Part shown: positions 35,591-48,460 of the stretch, one piece after another
How the letters are laid out: each line of letters begins with the position of its first letter
Numbering within the stretch: the first letter of the stretch is position 1
Source: Macrostomum lignano
Taxonomy: Eukaryota
Direction of reading: 5' to 3'
NCBI GenBank assembly: GCA_002269645.1
Contig: NIVC01003380.1
Span: 9,210-73,209 of the forward strand
Length of the DNA stretch: 64,000 bases
Program-made: the position numbers and the translations under genes
Notes under the pieces: model-generated
Database searches by the model: none
The model's input: the letters and a program-made list of their open reading frames with translations, nothing else
What the model was told of the DNA's origin: nothing

Positions 35591-36486
35591 CACCTTTTTG
35601 CATTCAATTTTAACCAAAGTAGCATTCAATTTCAGCAAGCTGGCATTCAGAATCGGCAATCTAAATTTAGCCAACCAAATCTTCGTTCAATTTAAGCATG
35701 CTCGCATTCCATTTCAGCGAACACATTCAATTTCGGCAATCTGCACTCAATTTAATTTTGAATGCAGAATGCAGAATGCAGGAGAGATTCGCCGAATTTC
35801 TGCAAATTGTGATGGGTAACGCTCAAATGGCCTGGCCGCACCAACTTGCATACCTTATTTTTGATAATGTCAGCAGCCATAATGACGCTGAATTACAAGA
35901 GGTTGTGGGACTGGCTGAGTTCCGTTGACTCCCTAGATACAGCCCATTTTTAACACCCGTTGAGAGCGCCATCTCCGCATGGAAGGCGGCCATTAAAAGT
36001 GAACTCAGTGACAGCCGCGAAGTTTTCATCAATCCATCCGACGAAACTCGCGCTGGGCGTACACTGGCTGAATATCGAAGGGACGAGCTGATGCGCTTCG
36101 CCGATCTAACAGTGAACGACAGTGTCACTCGGGACAAGTGTCTCCAGTGGTACAATCACTGCTTCAGCTTTGTACCGAGATGCCTGGCCAGGATGCACAT
36201 CAATGGAGACTGAAGGGCCACACTTCACGTGACTTCGATTTTCTGCTTCTGTTCCCTATGACACTGTACATGTATTGGACGACATTTATTTCGTTTTACG
36301 TTTAGCTAATAAAAATTTGCTGAATTTGAGTGCAGATTGCCGAAATTGAATGTGTTTCGCTGAAATGGAATGCGAGCATGCTTAAATTGAACGAAGATTT
36401 GGTTGGCTAAATTTAGATTGCCGATTCTGAATGCCAGCTTGCTGAAATTGAATGCAACTTTGGTTGAAATTGAATGCAAAAAGGTG
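35591..36486 (+). mobile_element. Tc1/mariner (IS630-Tc1) internal-deletion derivative
   Basis: Near-perfect TIRs of about 160 bp (CACCTTTTTGCATTCAAT...) and TA TSD. Internal transposase C-terminus IFDNVSSH...*LPRYSPFLTPVE...WK at about 35845-36213. Confidence 0.9.
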
Positions 36487-36883
36487 TAGTCATTAGTAAA
36501 TCCACTCGTCTTCGTTGCTTCAAAATGCTGGCAATTATTTTGGCCCGATGGAACAATGAGAGGCATCGAGTTCCACGAGTGTTTTGAGACAGGTAAGTGT
36601 TCTGTACGATATGGTTTAACTTGCCTGAATGCATGAATGGCTTCTAACATTCTTCTGTGACTTTCTAGGAGCCTTAGCGGACAACGAGTTACTGAAACAA
36701 TACCGGTTTGGAAGATAGACTACTGAGAGTTAAATCGATTTTATAGCTTATCTAATATGGGTTTCCCCACTGACTATACTTTCTCAAGCCCGAATGTAAA
36801 AAAGAATTTTCGAATTTGGCAATTTTTTCTATGGCTTGGATATGAGCTTTAGAGTTCTAAAAATAGTTGTCTAAGGTCCTACC

Positions 36884-37824
36884 CACAGAACTTACACAGA
36901 ATGCTCAATCAGCGATTTAATGAAATTAAACTGCGTAGAAATAGATATGCGTACAAACTACTAATCCGGTGAAGAAACATAAGTAGCCATAGACTATTAC
37001 TCAAGTGTGTAGCACAAGACCGCCTGATTTATTAAGTCAGTAACCAGAAACCATGCAGCAATCGAAACGTAAAACGTGAAACGTAGAAACCAGTTAAACT
37101 GGAGCACAAAAAGTTTTGAAGTGATGCAACTCAAAAAGTTGGATAAAAAACGGACAAGTGTCATTAAAGCACAGGTTGGCGCAGACAACTCCCGATCTTT
37201 CGGCGAATAGTGACGCGGCTTGGCAGTTTAAATCCAATGTCTCGCAGGAAACGATGGCAACGGGGACTATAGTGGAGAAGTCCTGTTGCAATTCGGAGTG
37301 ACGAGCGTGACCACGTTGGTCGATTCCTGTTCGCATTTTTTGTTGATCGTTGATAAATGCGTTCACTAGAGGGCTCAAGCCATGGCACCGAGTTGAGGCG
37401 GAGGAAGAGTTGACACAGGAAGCTGCTTCCGTAGATCGCAATCTAAGACGCAGAGTTTTCATGCAAATAATATTAGTCACGATTCGACTAAGCTTACCGG
37501 GCACGGTTTGAAGGAAAGCTGTGAAACCTGGTTTCTGGTGGACAACGATAGGAATAATTTGGACAGCAATAGGCAGCACACTGTTTTCGCGATTTTGCAG
37601 AAGGCATACTTCACTGCAGCAAAACCAAACATCCAAATTCTTTGTGAAAAGACAATGCTGCTGCAATTAATTCTATTAAATGAATATATCTTGTGCTACA
37701 CACTTGAGTAATAGTCTATGGCTACTTATGTTTCTTCACCGGATTAGTAGTTTGTACGCATATCTATTTCTACGCAGTTTAATTTCATTAAATCGCTGAT
37801 TGAGCATTCTGTGTAAGTTCTGTG
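36884..37824 (-). mobile_element. P-element (THAP9-like) internal-deletion derivative
   Basis: TIRs of about 135 bp starting CACAGAAC; perfect 8-bp TSD GTCCTACC. Minus-strand THAP start MPSAKSRKQCAAYCCPNYSY...RFHSFPS (37607-37497) and P-transposase N-terminal motif WSRSSLRIATGLLHYSPRCHRFLRDIGFKLPSRVTIRR. Confidence 0.88.
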
Positions 37825-38909
37825 GTCCTACCTTCAAAATAACAAAACCAAAAGTGGTAAAAGTAAGCGAAATGTGGCGCCGCTGTATTCTGTGCCTGGT
37901 AACTGACCGCCTTCGTGTGGTTTTTTCGTCTTTGGGTCAGATAGATAGCTCTTCGATCGTTGCAAATAGGATACTTTCGCTGTTCGTGAAAAAATCCGTT
38001 TACACGAATTTAAAGCAACCTGGCTTGTGCTTGCCTCGAGTCTAAGTCTTAAGAACTTACATGCATGTACGTACGAGCTAGAAGGGTCTCTCTCAAATCT
38101 CTCCGCTTCCAGTGACTTAATAGAAATGAGACTTCTCTGACGATTTAAAGGCAGACTCAGTCCCAGGATCAAATGAGGCGAATAACAACGGAGGCAAATT
38201 GTGTAGCGGTAGCACTCAGACTTCTTAAACGCAGTCAATGTAATTGTTAGGTTATGGCCGATGGCGGAAATTTATTATGGTCAGATAGACCCGCTCGCTA
38301 TAGGTTTCTGTCGGCAATATGAGAGTGGGACTGGGCCTGGTTGGCGCTGAATCCATGCTATGGTACTCTGGGCACTGCGACCAGGCAACAAAAATGGCGA
38401 TGGATAGCAAATGGGCTACGGCGATGAAGTGGCGACGGTGAAGGCGTGGCGTGATTCCCACTCGGGACAGTGGCGTGACTTAAGTTCGGCAGGGTGGACT
38501 TGCGCGAGCAAACTTGGCAGAGGCGGAGAGGGAGAGCGAGAGAGCGCGGGCCGGAAAACAAGGGTAAACAAGGCCTAACCCCGGGCGCCCCAGCCAGACA
38601 GGACTGATAACGAGCCGGCTGGGGGTGGGTGCACCACAAAGCTTAATTTCAGGCTAGCATAATATATGCGTGGCTTTCCTATTGGCCGGCGTGAAAACCA
38701 ACTAAAAAACAGGAATTATCGATCGCATTGTACGTACATAGGCTTTACGAACGTCACGCAATGTTGTTAAAATTCCTTGGGCATTACTATAAGCAGACGT
38801 TAGAATGCGAGACCATCAAATTAACAATATTATAGAATGGCATTGGCAACTGCTTTCGCTAAAACGGCCCTTGTCGGGGCCACCTCAACTGACAACGTCA
38901 CACTTCGTT

Positions 38910-39300
38910 TTAGGCTCTATCAAGAATTTTTAATACATATGCAGACAGCGCATACACAGCTGTGCGCCTTGTTAATTGCGTTCCAACTTCATCATCCCTA
39001 AGCCAGTTTTTGCGCAAAAAATGCAGAAAAAAATGTGCATAGCTTTTACGGTCTACATGTGTAGGCAGTGTAGCTACTTTTGAATTGAAGAAGAGAAATC
39101 CAATTAAGGGCTCTCTTTGTTGAACCCACGTATAGGCGTATTGCCTGCTTTTCAAATGGGTTTTCATTCCTCCTTCTTTTCGTGGAATGTTCAATATTTA
39201 ATGATCAAGGAACAATGGAGGCTGCCAATTAGAAGTTTTTCTGCTACCTGCATGCTGTATGCAATTTTTGGCACCAATTAAAAAACAATGGGACTGGGCT
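38910..39300 (-). pseudogene. Possible R2/NeSL-like non-LTR RT C-terminal remnant
   Basis: LVPKIAYSMQV and LNIPRKEGG resemble the post-RT PxKxGGLG region of early-branching LINEs; heavily degraded. Confidence 0.35.
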
Positions 39301-39538
39301 GGTAAGAATACCTATTGGCCCTTAGCTAGCAACCTCTCAATATAATCAGATACACTCGCCATCTCCAAAAAAGCAGAAAGGCTCAAATTGAAGTTTTACT
39401 CCAAGCGAAAAGTTTTATAAAATATGATTTTGCCAAGAGCCTTCGCTTTTTGTCTAATTTTCGGTAGGTATCTCTCGAATTAATAATCGCTTAAAATTTT
39501 AAGAACGTTACTTAATTCATAGTTGAAAACTTTTCCAG

Positions 39539-40566
39539 CAACATGCAATTCGACACAAAGCAAATTCTTCAAACTGGTAGCCGGGCCGTTTGTCATTGAC
39601 GACTCGGTGAGTAGCGAGGTTTTCAATGTCACTGGCATCACCTCCAGCATTGACTGCGCGGCTAAGTGCCACGCGGAGGGCTGCTCAGTGGCGGTGGCTC
39701 ACGAGAGCATCGGGCTCTGCCAGATGGCCATGGTGTACGAAGGTCACTCGGCCGGGAGTCGCGTGCAGAGACTGCTGGGCTCTGAGGCCGGGGCCAAGGT
39801 GTGGACGTTCGATACCCAACAAGCAACAACTACAACAACGGTAACTACTTCGCCGCCCGAAATAACATCAACAACAGCAGACCCGCCAACAACATCGGCA
39901 ATGGTTAACCTGAACTTCAGCAGAGAGTTTTTCAGTAAGCGTCTTTGTTAATCTTTAAACGAGCATTTAATAGAAATTGAAATTGAAAAAATTCTAGTCT
40001 TCAGTGAAAAAAACTAAAAAAATAATAATGATACTATCTTTCTAAATTTCTGTGTTCAAAGCTTCTTTAGGATCTAGAAATATTACATTGGACTCTATAG
40101 TCACTCACTTTTTCCTAAAAACTGAAAAGGATTTTTTATTGGGCATTAGCGTCAGCGTCAGCCCGGATCCAACAATCCCTCTATGAGGAAAGACGACCAT
40201 ACTATTGGCGGCTGCGGAGCCGGCTGGCTGGGCAAGGCTGTCAACGCCAGAAACTTAACGACTGATGGAGACCGGGGCGGCAGCTTCGCGGACGGCTGGT
40301 TGGGCGGCGCCCCAGCCGATGAAGGCGGCGCCGGTGCTGGCGGCTTCGGCGGCGGTGGAGGCGGTGGGGGCAAAGATTTAAAAGATGATAATAGCGGAGG
40401 CGGCGGCGGCGGCTACAGCGGCGGCGGCGCCGGCACTGCTGGCGACCACGGTGGCGGAGGCGGCGGCTCCTTCTGCGGCGGCAGCGGCTGCGCTGCCACC
40501 AGCGGCGGCAACACCGGCAGCGATCAGGGCTTCGTCAAGGTGCAGTCGATTCCGACTTGTGGCTGA
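39539..40566 (+). pseudogene. PAN/apple-like plus glycine-rich (ALK/LTK GRD-like) paralog 1, middle exon missing
   Basis: Exon 39539-39934 has C-x3-C-x4-C-x11-C plus a Thr/Pro linker. Segment 40159-40566 matches the last exon of paralogs 2 and 3. No equivalent of the VGQQG/GGGGGSFV exon and no in-frame acceptor was found. Confidence 0.7.
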
Positions 40567-42271
40567 AAATTTTACGACTTAATTTTCGTCGATTCAGTAG
40601 AAGATTTTCAGCAGAGACCAGTTTCAGTTTGCAAAATTAATTGGCAAGAGTTGAGGCATTCGAGAACTTTCTTTGCTTCAGGCTCAGGTAACGGCGAAAA
40701 GAAACTTCATGGTTTATCTTAATAAGGGAGCTTTGATTGCCCAATTCAAAATCTTGGACGTTAAGAAAATGATGCACTTTGTGTTAATGTAGATCGTCAC
40801 TCGTAGGATTGCAAAAATTTGGGAAGAAGAACCAATTTAAAAAGAATAATATGGGTACATTGATGACAGCGATCCTTATTCTATATTCTATAAATGAAAC
40901 AAAAAAACTTACATGCAAATTTTTATGTTTTATAATGTTGTTTGAATTTTCTAACTATATACATGGATTTCGACGCATATAATTATAATTTTATACTTTA
41001 ACAGTGTATGACCTGCCTATTAAATTCTGACTATCTATCAATCTATTCATGTAATGTAGCACTAGTTTCACTAAATTTGTTGATTGCAAATATTTGTGTT
41101 TATTTTATTCTTTTTCTCTTTTCTTTTTCTGAAATCGTGTTTTCAAAAGATCAATTTACGCAATGTAAACGCGAATATTTCTGTAGTGCTATTTGCCGAT
41201 TAAAAATGTTTATTTATAATCAATCTTTGTGCGGAAACCTGTCATAGAACTCAGTCACAACATAAATTTCAGTTTTCTATTCTTTGTTTTATTCTTGTTT
41301 CGCGTCTTATTTCCAATAATTATTTTCTAATAAAATTTAAAACTTCTCTTTTAATTTTTAAAATTTACTTCATAAACACTGTTAAAATAATAAACATGTC
41401 GATTCATCTGTCATCTTCGAAAATCTGAGCGGGAGCAACTGAAAACTTAGTAGGGTACGAAATAAATTATAGCTGTGTAGAGAGGAGGATGATGGATTTC
41501 ATAATCCGTAAGGCTTTTAGATGTTTGGTTAGTCAGTGAAGAGAGTTTGATTTTGGTTTAAGTGCTTGGCGTATGCGAGCTTTTAAAAGCTGTATCTGGA
41601 ATATTCGACGATTTTAACAAATATGCGGTATTTTATTATGTACAGCAGTAGCTATTAGAAGCAAATATTGATAGCTAGAAGTGTTACAGGCCTCTTAGCT
41701 CTCTGTTTAACAATCCCACTGCTGCAATCAAATTTGTTGTAAGAGGGGTCGGGGTTGCCGGGGATTTCTTAGGATTTGGAGAGAAATATACAATTTCTAC
41801 TACTAGAAGGAGTAAGCCTTAGGTTGCTCCTGGTGGCGTGGTGTGTCCGAGCGGCAAGGCACTATATTTCTACTCAGTCCGGATATCTAAGGAGGGGAAG
41901 GAAATAAGGAGGGGAAGGGGAATAAGGAGGGGAAGGGGAATAAGGGCTTCGCGGTGGATCAGAATTGCCTGGGAAACTGGCGCACTAGGGGAATTCTAAT
42001 AACTGATAAGGGACGCTGACATGGGAGGGATGCGCTTAATAGGGAATTGAATGAAAGCCGGGTGCCTAATAGTTGGGGGAGTTAAGTGGGTAAGTGGGAT
42101 AAGTGGGAGTTAAGCTCTACCTCCCGTCTCCCGAAAAGCCTAATGGAATAGGAAGGTAGAGTAATCTTAACCACTAGCCTCCCGTGCCTATTTTTGCTCA
42201 CACCCATTACCTCCCACAGCAGCTCTGCTGCCATAGAGTGTTCAAGCAGAAGCTAAAAAAGCTTGAGGCAC

Positions 42272-45200
42272 CCCTCTGGTAAATAAACCAGATAACACCA
42301 CAAGATAACATTCGCTCAAACAAGATAACATGCCCTATTCCGGTTATGCAAAATGTTATCTTGTATGAATCTTGTTTGCGTGACGAAATCTTACGTTTCC
42401 TTGTTTCAAACAAGATTCAAAAAGGATTTGCTGACCAGATAACAGTCGGGTAATTCATGCGAATCCTGCAGGGAAACATCGTGTTATCCTGTTTGTTATC
42501 TTGTTTGTTATCCTGTCTGGCAAAAAGGATTCGCTGACCAGGTAACAGTCGGGTAATTCATGCGAATCCTGCAGGGAAACATCGTGTTATCCTGTTTGTT
42601 ATCTTGTTTGTTATCCTGTCTGGCAAAAAGGATTCGCTGAGCAGGTAAAAGTCGGGTAATCCATGCGAAAGAAGCCGGAAGGCATTGACATCAAATTTCG
42701 CAGTAAAGATGCGTATAAGAAGTTGGTGATTCAAGATTTTATGAGTAGCATCTCTATATTTAACAGCGGGTTGTACTTTGTAAGCGCCTTGTACAAACTA
42801 AACAAGGAACAGGAACAAGCTCAACAGGAACGAAAACTTCTGGAGAACAGCGTGGCATACGTATGAGTTTCGACAGTCCAGTTATAAGTAGACCTACTTA
42901 TACTGTGGATACTAACTGATACTACTGAATTGGTGATCTGCTGCGAGCTGGTGCTGAGTCGCAGGTCGGACCTGCTGTACTCGGACGCGACTCTGATGGC
43001 AGTCGACGCGTGAGCCAGACGTTTGAAAGATCGGGTCGCGCGCACGGAAGGCGATTAATGAGACCACTGACGGGGGCTTGCATTATATGCCGGCGCAATG
43101 GAACGACTCTGCATTATTAAAGTTAAATTAAATGGCGATGGAAGGCAGTTTCTCCAAAATATACACAGTTATAAAGAAACAGTAATGTACATACACACTC
43201 GATCGCCCAGCTCTAACAGACAGCGACGGTTCGCCGACAATCATTACCAGATTGTACGACTGTTCACTAGTAATGTCAGCTACGTCGATAGAATTGTCAT
43301 TCGTAGCATAGTCGTCGTCCGGAATCAACTGGCTTTCGTTGATCGGCTGCTCGTAGACCGGAGACATAGTGAATGGTGTATCATCTGATGCTCCGGCTCG
43401 CGCGGCGATGGCTTCGTTGCGTCCACGAAATGCCGACTACGCTGGAAACTCTTACCTAATTGTCTTCGCAATCCCGTATGCCAACGGTAATATCCAACCG
43501 ACTTGGCGTTCCAGATGTCGCTAGTGCGATGGACGACATGCCAGTGGTAGTCAAACCTCTCGCACACAATCAGGGCGCAACAATTTTTCAATTGTCACCT
43601 GTACGGAGGATGGGCACAGCCTCACATTACGGACGCTACAGAGCCGCCGAAAAGCAGATCAATTCACCTTGCAATTTCGAGGCTTTATTACCCCTCGGAT
43701 TAAAGATTGACCCGCGTAGTCAAATAAAAGTGACTACTCTTAGCCGCTGCCTTGAGCCACAAAAGACGCGAGGTTTGATTACCCCTCATAGGTCAGCATT
43801 TTCAGTCAACTGCTCAACTTTGATTCATCGGTTGAAGCGGGGTTCAATTATCACTCACTGGTGACCATACACCAACACCGCAGACGCTTTAGACAACCCA
43901 ATGGAACATGCTCTAGCAAGAGCTAGAATAACGTCTGTCTTAAAAAAGGCTTACCTTAGAACTGGGCCAGTAGGAGCTTTTGGAACCATGCCACAGCTCC
44001 ATCTAGACACCCAGCTGCACCAGATAATAGGGTATTCTGATACACTAAGTAACCGCGACAGACTACATGCCATTGGGAGTCAAACCTATCCAGCACAATA
44101 AGAATGCAATAGTTTGTCGGAGCAAACAAAGCTATCACCTGCAGGGAGGGTGGGCACGGCCTCACATTACGAGCGCTAGCGTTTGCTGATATATGGCACT
44201 TTACCCCTCGCAGGTCAGCTTATCAGCTGCCTTGAGTCCCAACAGAAGCGAGGATTGATTATCCATCGCAGGTCAGCTTATGAGCTGCCTTGAGTCCCAA
44301 CAGACGCGAGGATTGATTATCCATCGCAGGTCAGCTTATTAGCTGCCTTGAGACACAACAGACGCGAGGATTGATTATCCATCGCAGGTCAGCATATTAG
44401 CTGCATTGAGTCCCAACAGACGCGAGGATTGATTATCCATCGCAGGTCAGCTTATCAGCTGCCTTGAGTCCCAACAGAAGCGAGGATCGATTATCCATCG
44501 CAGGTCAGCTTATCAGCTGCCTTGAGTCCCAACAGAAGCGAGGATCGATTATCCATCGCAGGTCAGCTTATCAGCTGCCTTGAGTCCCAACAGAAGCGAG
44601 GATCGATTATCCATCGCAGGTCAGCTTATCAGCTGCCTTGAGTCCCAACAGAAGCGAGGATCGATTATCCATCGCAGGTCAGCTTATGAGCTAGCCTTGA
44701 GTCCCAACAGACGCGAGGATTGATTATCCATCGCAGGTCAGCATAGCAGCTGCCTTGAGCCACAACAGAAGCGAGGATTGATTATCCATCGCAGGTCAGC
44801 ATAGCAGCTGCCTTGAGCCATAACAGAAGCGAGGATTGATTACCCCTCGCAGGTCAGCTTATCAGCTGCCTTGAGCCACAACAGAAGCGAGGATTGATTA
44901 CCCATCGCAGGTCAGCATAGCAGCTGCCTTGAGCCACAACAGAAGCGAGGATTGATTATCCATCGCAGGTCAGCATAGCAGCTGCCTTGAGCCATAACAG
45001 AAGCGAGGATTGATTACCCATCGCAGGTCAGCATAGCAGTTGCCTTGAGCCACAACAGAAGCGAGGATTGATTACCCATCGCAGGTCAGCATAGCAGCTG
45101 CCTTGAGCCACAACAGAAGCGAGGATTGATTATCCATCGCAGGTCAGCTTATGAGCTGCCTTGAGCCATAACAGAAGCGAGGATTGATTACCCATCGCAG

Positions 45201-46185
45201 GTCAGCATAGCAGTTGCCTTGAGCCACAACAGAAGCGAGGATTGATTACCCATCGCAGGTCAGCATAGCAGCTGCCTTGAGCCACAACAGAAGCGAGGAT
45301 TGATTATCCATCGCAGGTCAGCTTATGAGCTGCCTTGAGCCACAACAGAAGCGAGGATTGATTATCCATCGCAGGTCAGCATAGCAGCTGCCTTGAGCCA
45401 CAACAAACGCGAAGTCCAGTCTTATCCATAACTTCATAGAGATTCGAGTCAATGGGAGCTGATCCCTGTGGATTTGCCGAATCACTTGGTCTAGATCACT
45501 GAGGAATTCCGACTGAACTCCTGAAATCTCATCCAGAATATTTTCATTTGGAAAACCTGAAATTTGGGTCTACAATTAGAATTTAGCAGCTGTTCCAGGT
45601 TAAAAATTTCGGAAAATGCAGCCGGAACCGCTTTCCTTTTTCCCGAACTTTTGCAGGATCACATTTCCGGAAAAAGGGGCTATTCCGGGCTAAAAATGCT
45701 GATCCGGGCCTTCATTTGGAAATCATTTGGAAATGATTTAAATCTTGTACTGTTATCTGTCTTTCAAACAAGATTCGCACCATGTTATCCTGTGAAATTC
45801 CGATTCAAACAAGATTCAATCAAACAAGAAAACAAAAAATTACCTGGTGGCGAATCTTGTACTGTTATCTGATTTTCAAACAAGATTCGCACCATATTAT
45901 CCTGTGAAATTCCGATTCAAACAAGATTCAATCAAACAAGAAAACAAAAAATTATCTGGTGGCAAATCTTGTCATGTAATCTGATTTCTAAGCAAGATTC
46001 GGGCCATGTTATCTGGTGAAATTCAGATAACTCACCAGATAACAGTCAAACAAGAAAACAAAAAATTACCTGGTGACGAATCTGGTGGTTTCACCAGTTT
46101 CGCACCTCAAACAAGGAAATCGGTAGTGAATCTGACAAGATTCGCAAATTATATTGTGGTGTTATCTGGTTTATTTACCAGAGGG
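42272..46185. mobile_element. CMC/EnSpm (CACTA-superfamily)-like non-autonomous element
   Basis: 32-bp TIRs CCCTCTGGTAAATAAACCAGATAACACCACAA; 2-bp TSD AC; arrays of AACAAGAT/TTATCCTG subterminal repeats, and 110-120 bp duplications at both ends. Confidence 0.8.
44209..45410. repeat. 58-bp tandem array, about 20-21 copies
   Basis: Unit CGCAGGTCAGCTTATCAGCTGCCTTGAGTCCCAACAGAAGCGAGGATCGATTATCCAT, with blocks of variants. Confidence 0.95.
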
Positions 46186-47094
46186 ACGTCTCACTCCCTT
46201 ACCCTCCCACAGTTTTTAAGCCAAAAAGCCAATGCTTTATTTTAAGCTTTTTTTGCTTTATTTTATTAAATATGAATTAGGAAGTGTCCTGGACAAATTT
46301 AACATTCTTTTTCACGTGAAGAGAATCTATGCAGAATAACAAATTTCATGATTCATATTTAATAAAATAAAGCAAAAAAAAGCTTAAAATAAAGCATTTT
46401 ACTGAAAGTTTGTTAGGAATAAACAAATTTAATGCTTGTTCCTACGATTCGTACGACAGAAACTAAAGTGTCTGTAGAAGTGTCTGAATAAGTGTCGGCG
46501 AATGTTTTTTTTGACTCAAGGCTATTTTTAGAACAAACTGTTCTTTTGGCGCCAGGCCTATAATTTCAAGCCAGCACAAGTTGCCTTCTAGAGAGGCTAA
46601 TACGCTTGTATTTATACTCTTATTACTAAAAATGGCGGATAGTTTAAAACAAAAATATTCTTATTGAAAAGTTTTTATCAGAGATGCGCGCTGAAGTTAC
46701 TAATTTTCTAACAAAATAAACATTTAATATACGTATTATTACTAATAATAAAGTGTCAGCAGATTACTCGTAAAATACGCAAGAAAAAGGCGGTAAGTAT
46801 TAAGATTCTATTTATGCGCAAATAATAATCGATAAGGCAAGAGTTAATAGATAAGGCTAGTTTTGAGAACAAAGAATTAGGTATGCAACAATGATTAAAA
46901 GAGTTATGTACTCGTAGTTATACAATTAACATTATAATAGGCCGTTACAGAAGCAAGCAGGATCTTAGTTTGTATCCTGACACACCAAGAAGAGGCTACT
47001 CCAGTTCCTTCCTTGAGCCGCTTAAGGTCCCCTTTCCTGGTTGTCAGCCATCGTACCCAACTGCCACGACTGCTCCAAAAAATCTATCGCATCG

Positions 47095-47300
47095 TGTCTA
47101 ACAGGTTGCATTGTTTCTAATATGTTGCATTGTGTCTAACAGGTTGCATTGTTTCTAATATGTTGCATTGTGTCTAACAGGTTGCATTGTTTCTAATATG
47201 TTGCATTGTGTCTAACAGGTTGCATTGTGTATAACAGGTTTCATTGTGTCTAACAGGTTGCATTCTGTCTAACAGGTTGCATTGCGTCTAACGGTTGCAC
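47095..47300. repeat. 19-bp tandem repeat with dimeric higher-order pattern
   Basis: AACAGGTTGCATTGTTTCT alternates with AATATGTTGCATTGTGTCT; about 10-11 units. Confidence 0.9.
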
Positions 47301-48460
47301 ATCTGGCCCAATTAGGGTAGGTGCAATCAATTATTATTATTATTATCGTGTCCAGCAGACTGTGTTCTGTTGTTGAATTAACGAACGCAGAAACAAGATA
47401 GATAATTATCCGGGCGCTCAGTGGCACCAAAAGAAGGCTTGGCCAATAGGAGGACGGCTCGTATATTTATGCTCGCGGGGAAGGAAAGTTCTAGAAAGAC
47501 CGGGAAAGGAAACTTCTGGAACTATGCGTAAACAAGTCCTGCTGTGGAAGTTTCTAGAAACGCTGTCCCCGAACTATCCCTACGCATTGCATGCCTTTGC
47601 AATACACAACAGACTGCATCGATGTCTATCAGCTGATCCAATCTTGCATGTTATTTGTACCTCACTTTTTCCGCTGCACTTCCAAAACTAAACAACGGGC
47701 ACATTATAGGTATCTGAGTAGCTAGCTGATAGTGCTTCATGCAAAAAATGTGCAAAACTACGTGGACAAGGGTAGTAGTATATTTCGTATATTCGGGTAG
47801 TGAGTTTCAACTGTTTCAATTAAAATAGACGCGTCGTAGCGGATAAATACGGTTGAAAAGTTAAACAAAAAGTTTAGTTTAGAAGAAATAAACAAAAAGA
47901 ATAAGCTGGACTTGAGTAACAAAATAAAGATTAAGAATCTGGTACAAAAGAAAAGCATTGATTGACGTGCCGGCATTTGAGAAAAATAACTTCATAAACA
48001 AGATAAATTATCACCAGAGAAAATTAAGTATATGTGGACTACTATTGTCAAATAAAAAGCTTTTTTCAGTAAAAAATCGATTATAACAAACAATGGCGAA
48101 AGCCAAAGGTGCCTTTTGAAAAAAAAGTTTAAATATTCTGGCGACAACGAACACTACAGCATTCAATAGGGCATGCGAGTGAAATTGGAGGCAGAGAAAA
48201 GTTTAATAATGATAATTTTGGCTTAGTTTGTAAAAATTTCCTTAAAACGATTGTAACATTAAAATTCAAAAACAGAAAAAGCGTTATTCAAACTTTTGTT
48301 GACTCTGCCACAAAAAATCTTGCATGACTTCGAAAAGAGATTTTATAAATAAATTAACAAATAAACTTTTTAAAATGATTTGTTATAAGGGCTTTGGCAA
48401 TTTTCGCTTCCAGTTTCCTTCGATACGCCATCATTTTAGCTTTTCTCCCAAAAAGCCCCA

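Noticed and set aside
38239-38900. Solo LTR within the R2-like remnant
   Set aside because: It has a TG start and GC-rich body, but no matching CA end with a TSD could be found.
44209-45410. CRISPR-like regular array
   Set aside because: Units are contiguous near-identical 58-mers with no unique spacers; the context is eukaryotic and there are no cas genes.
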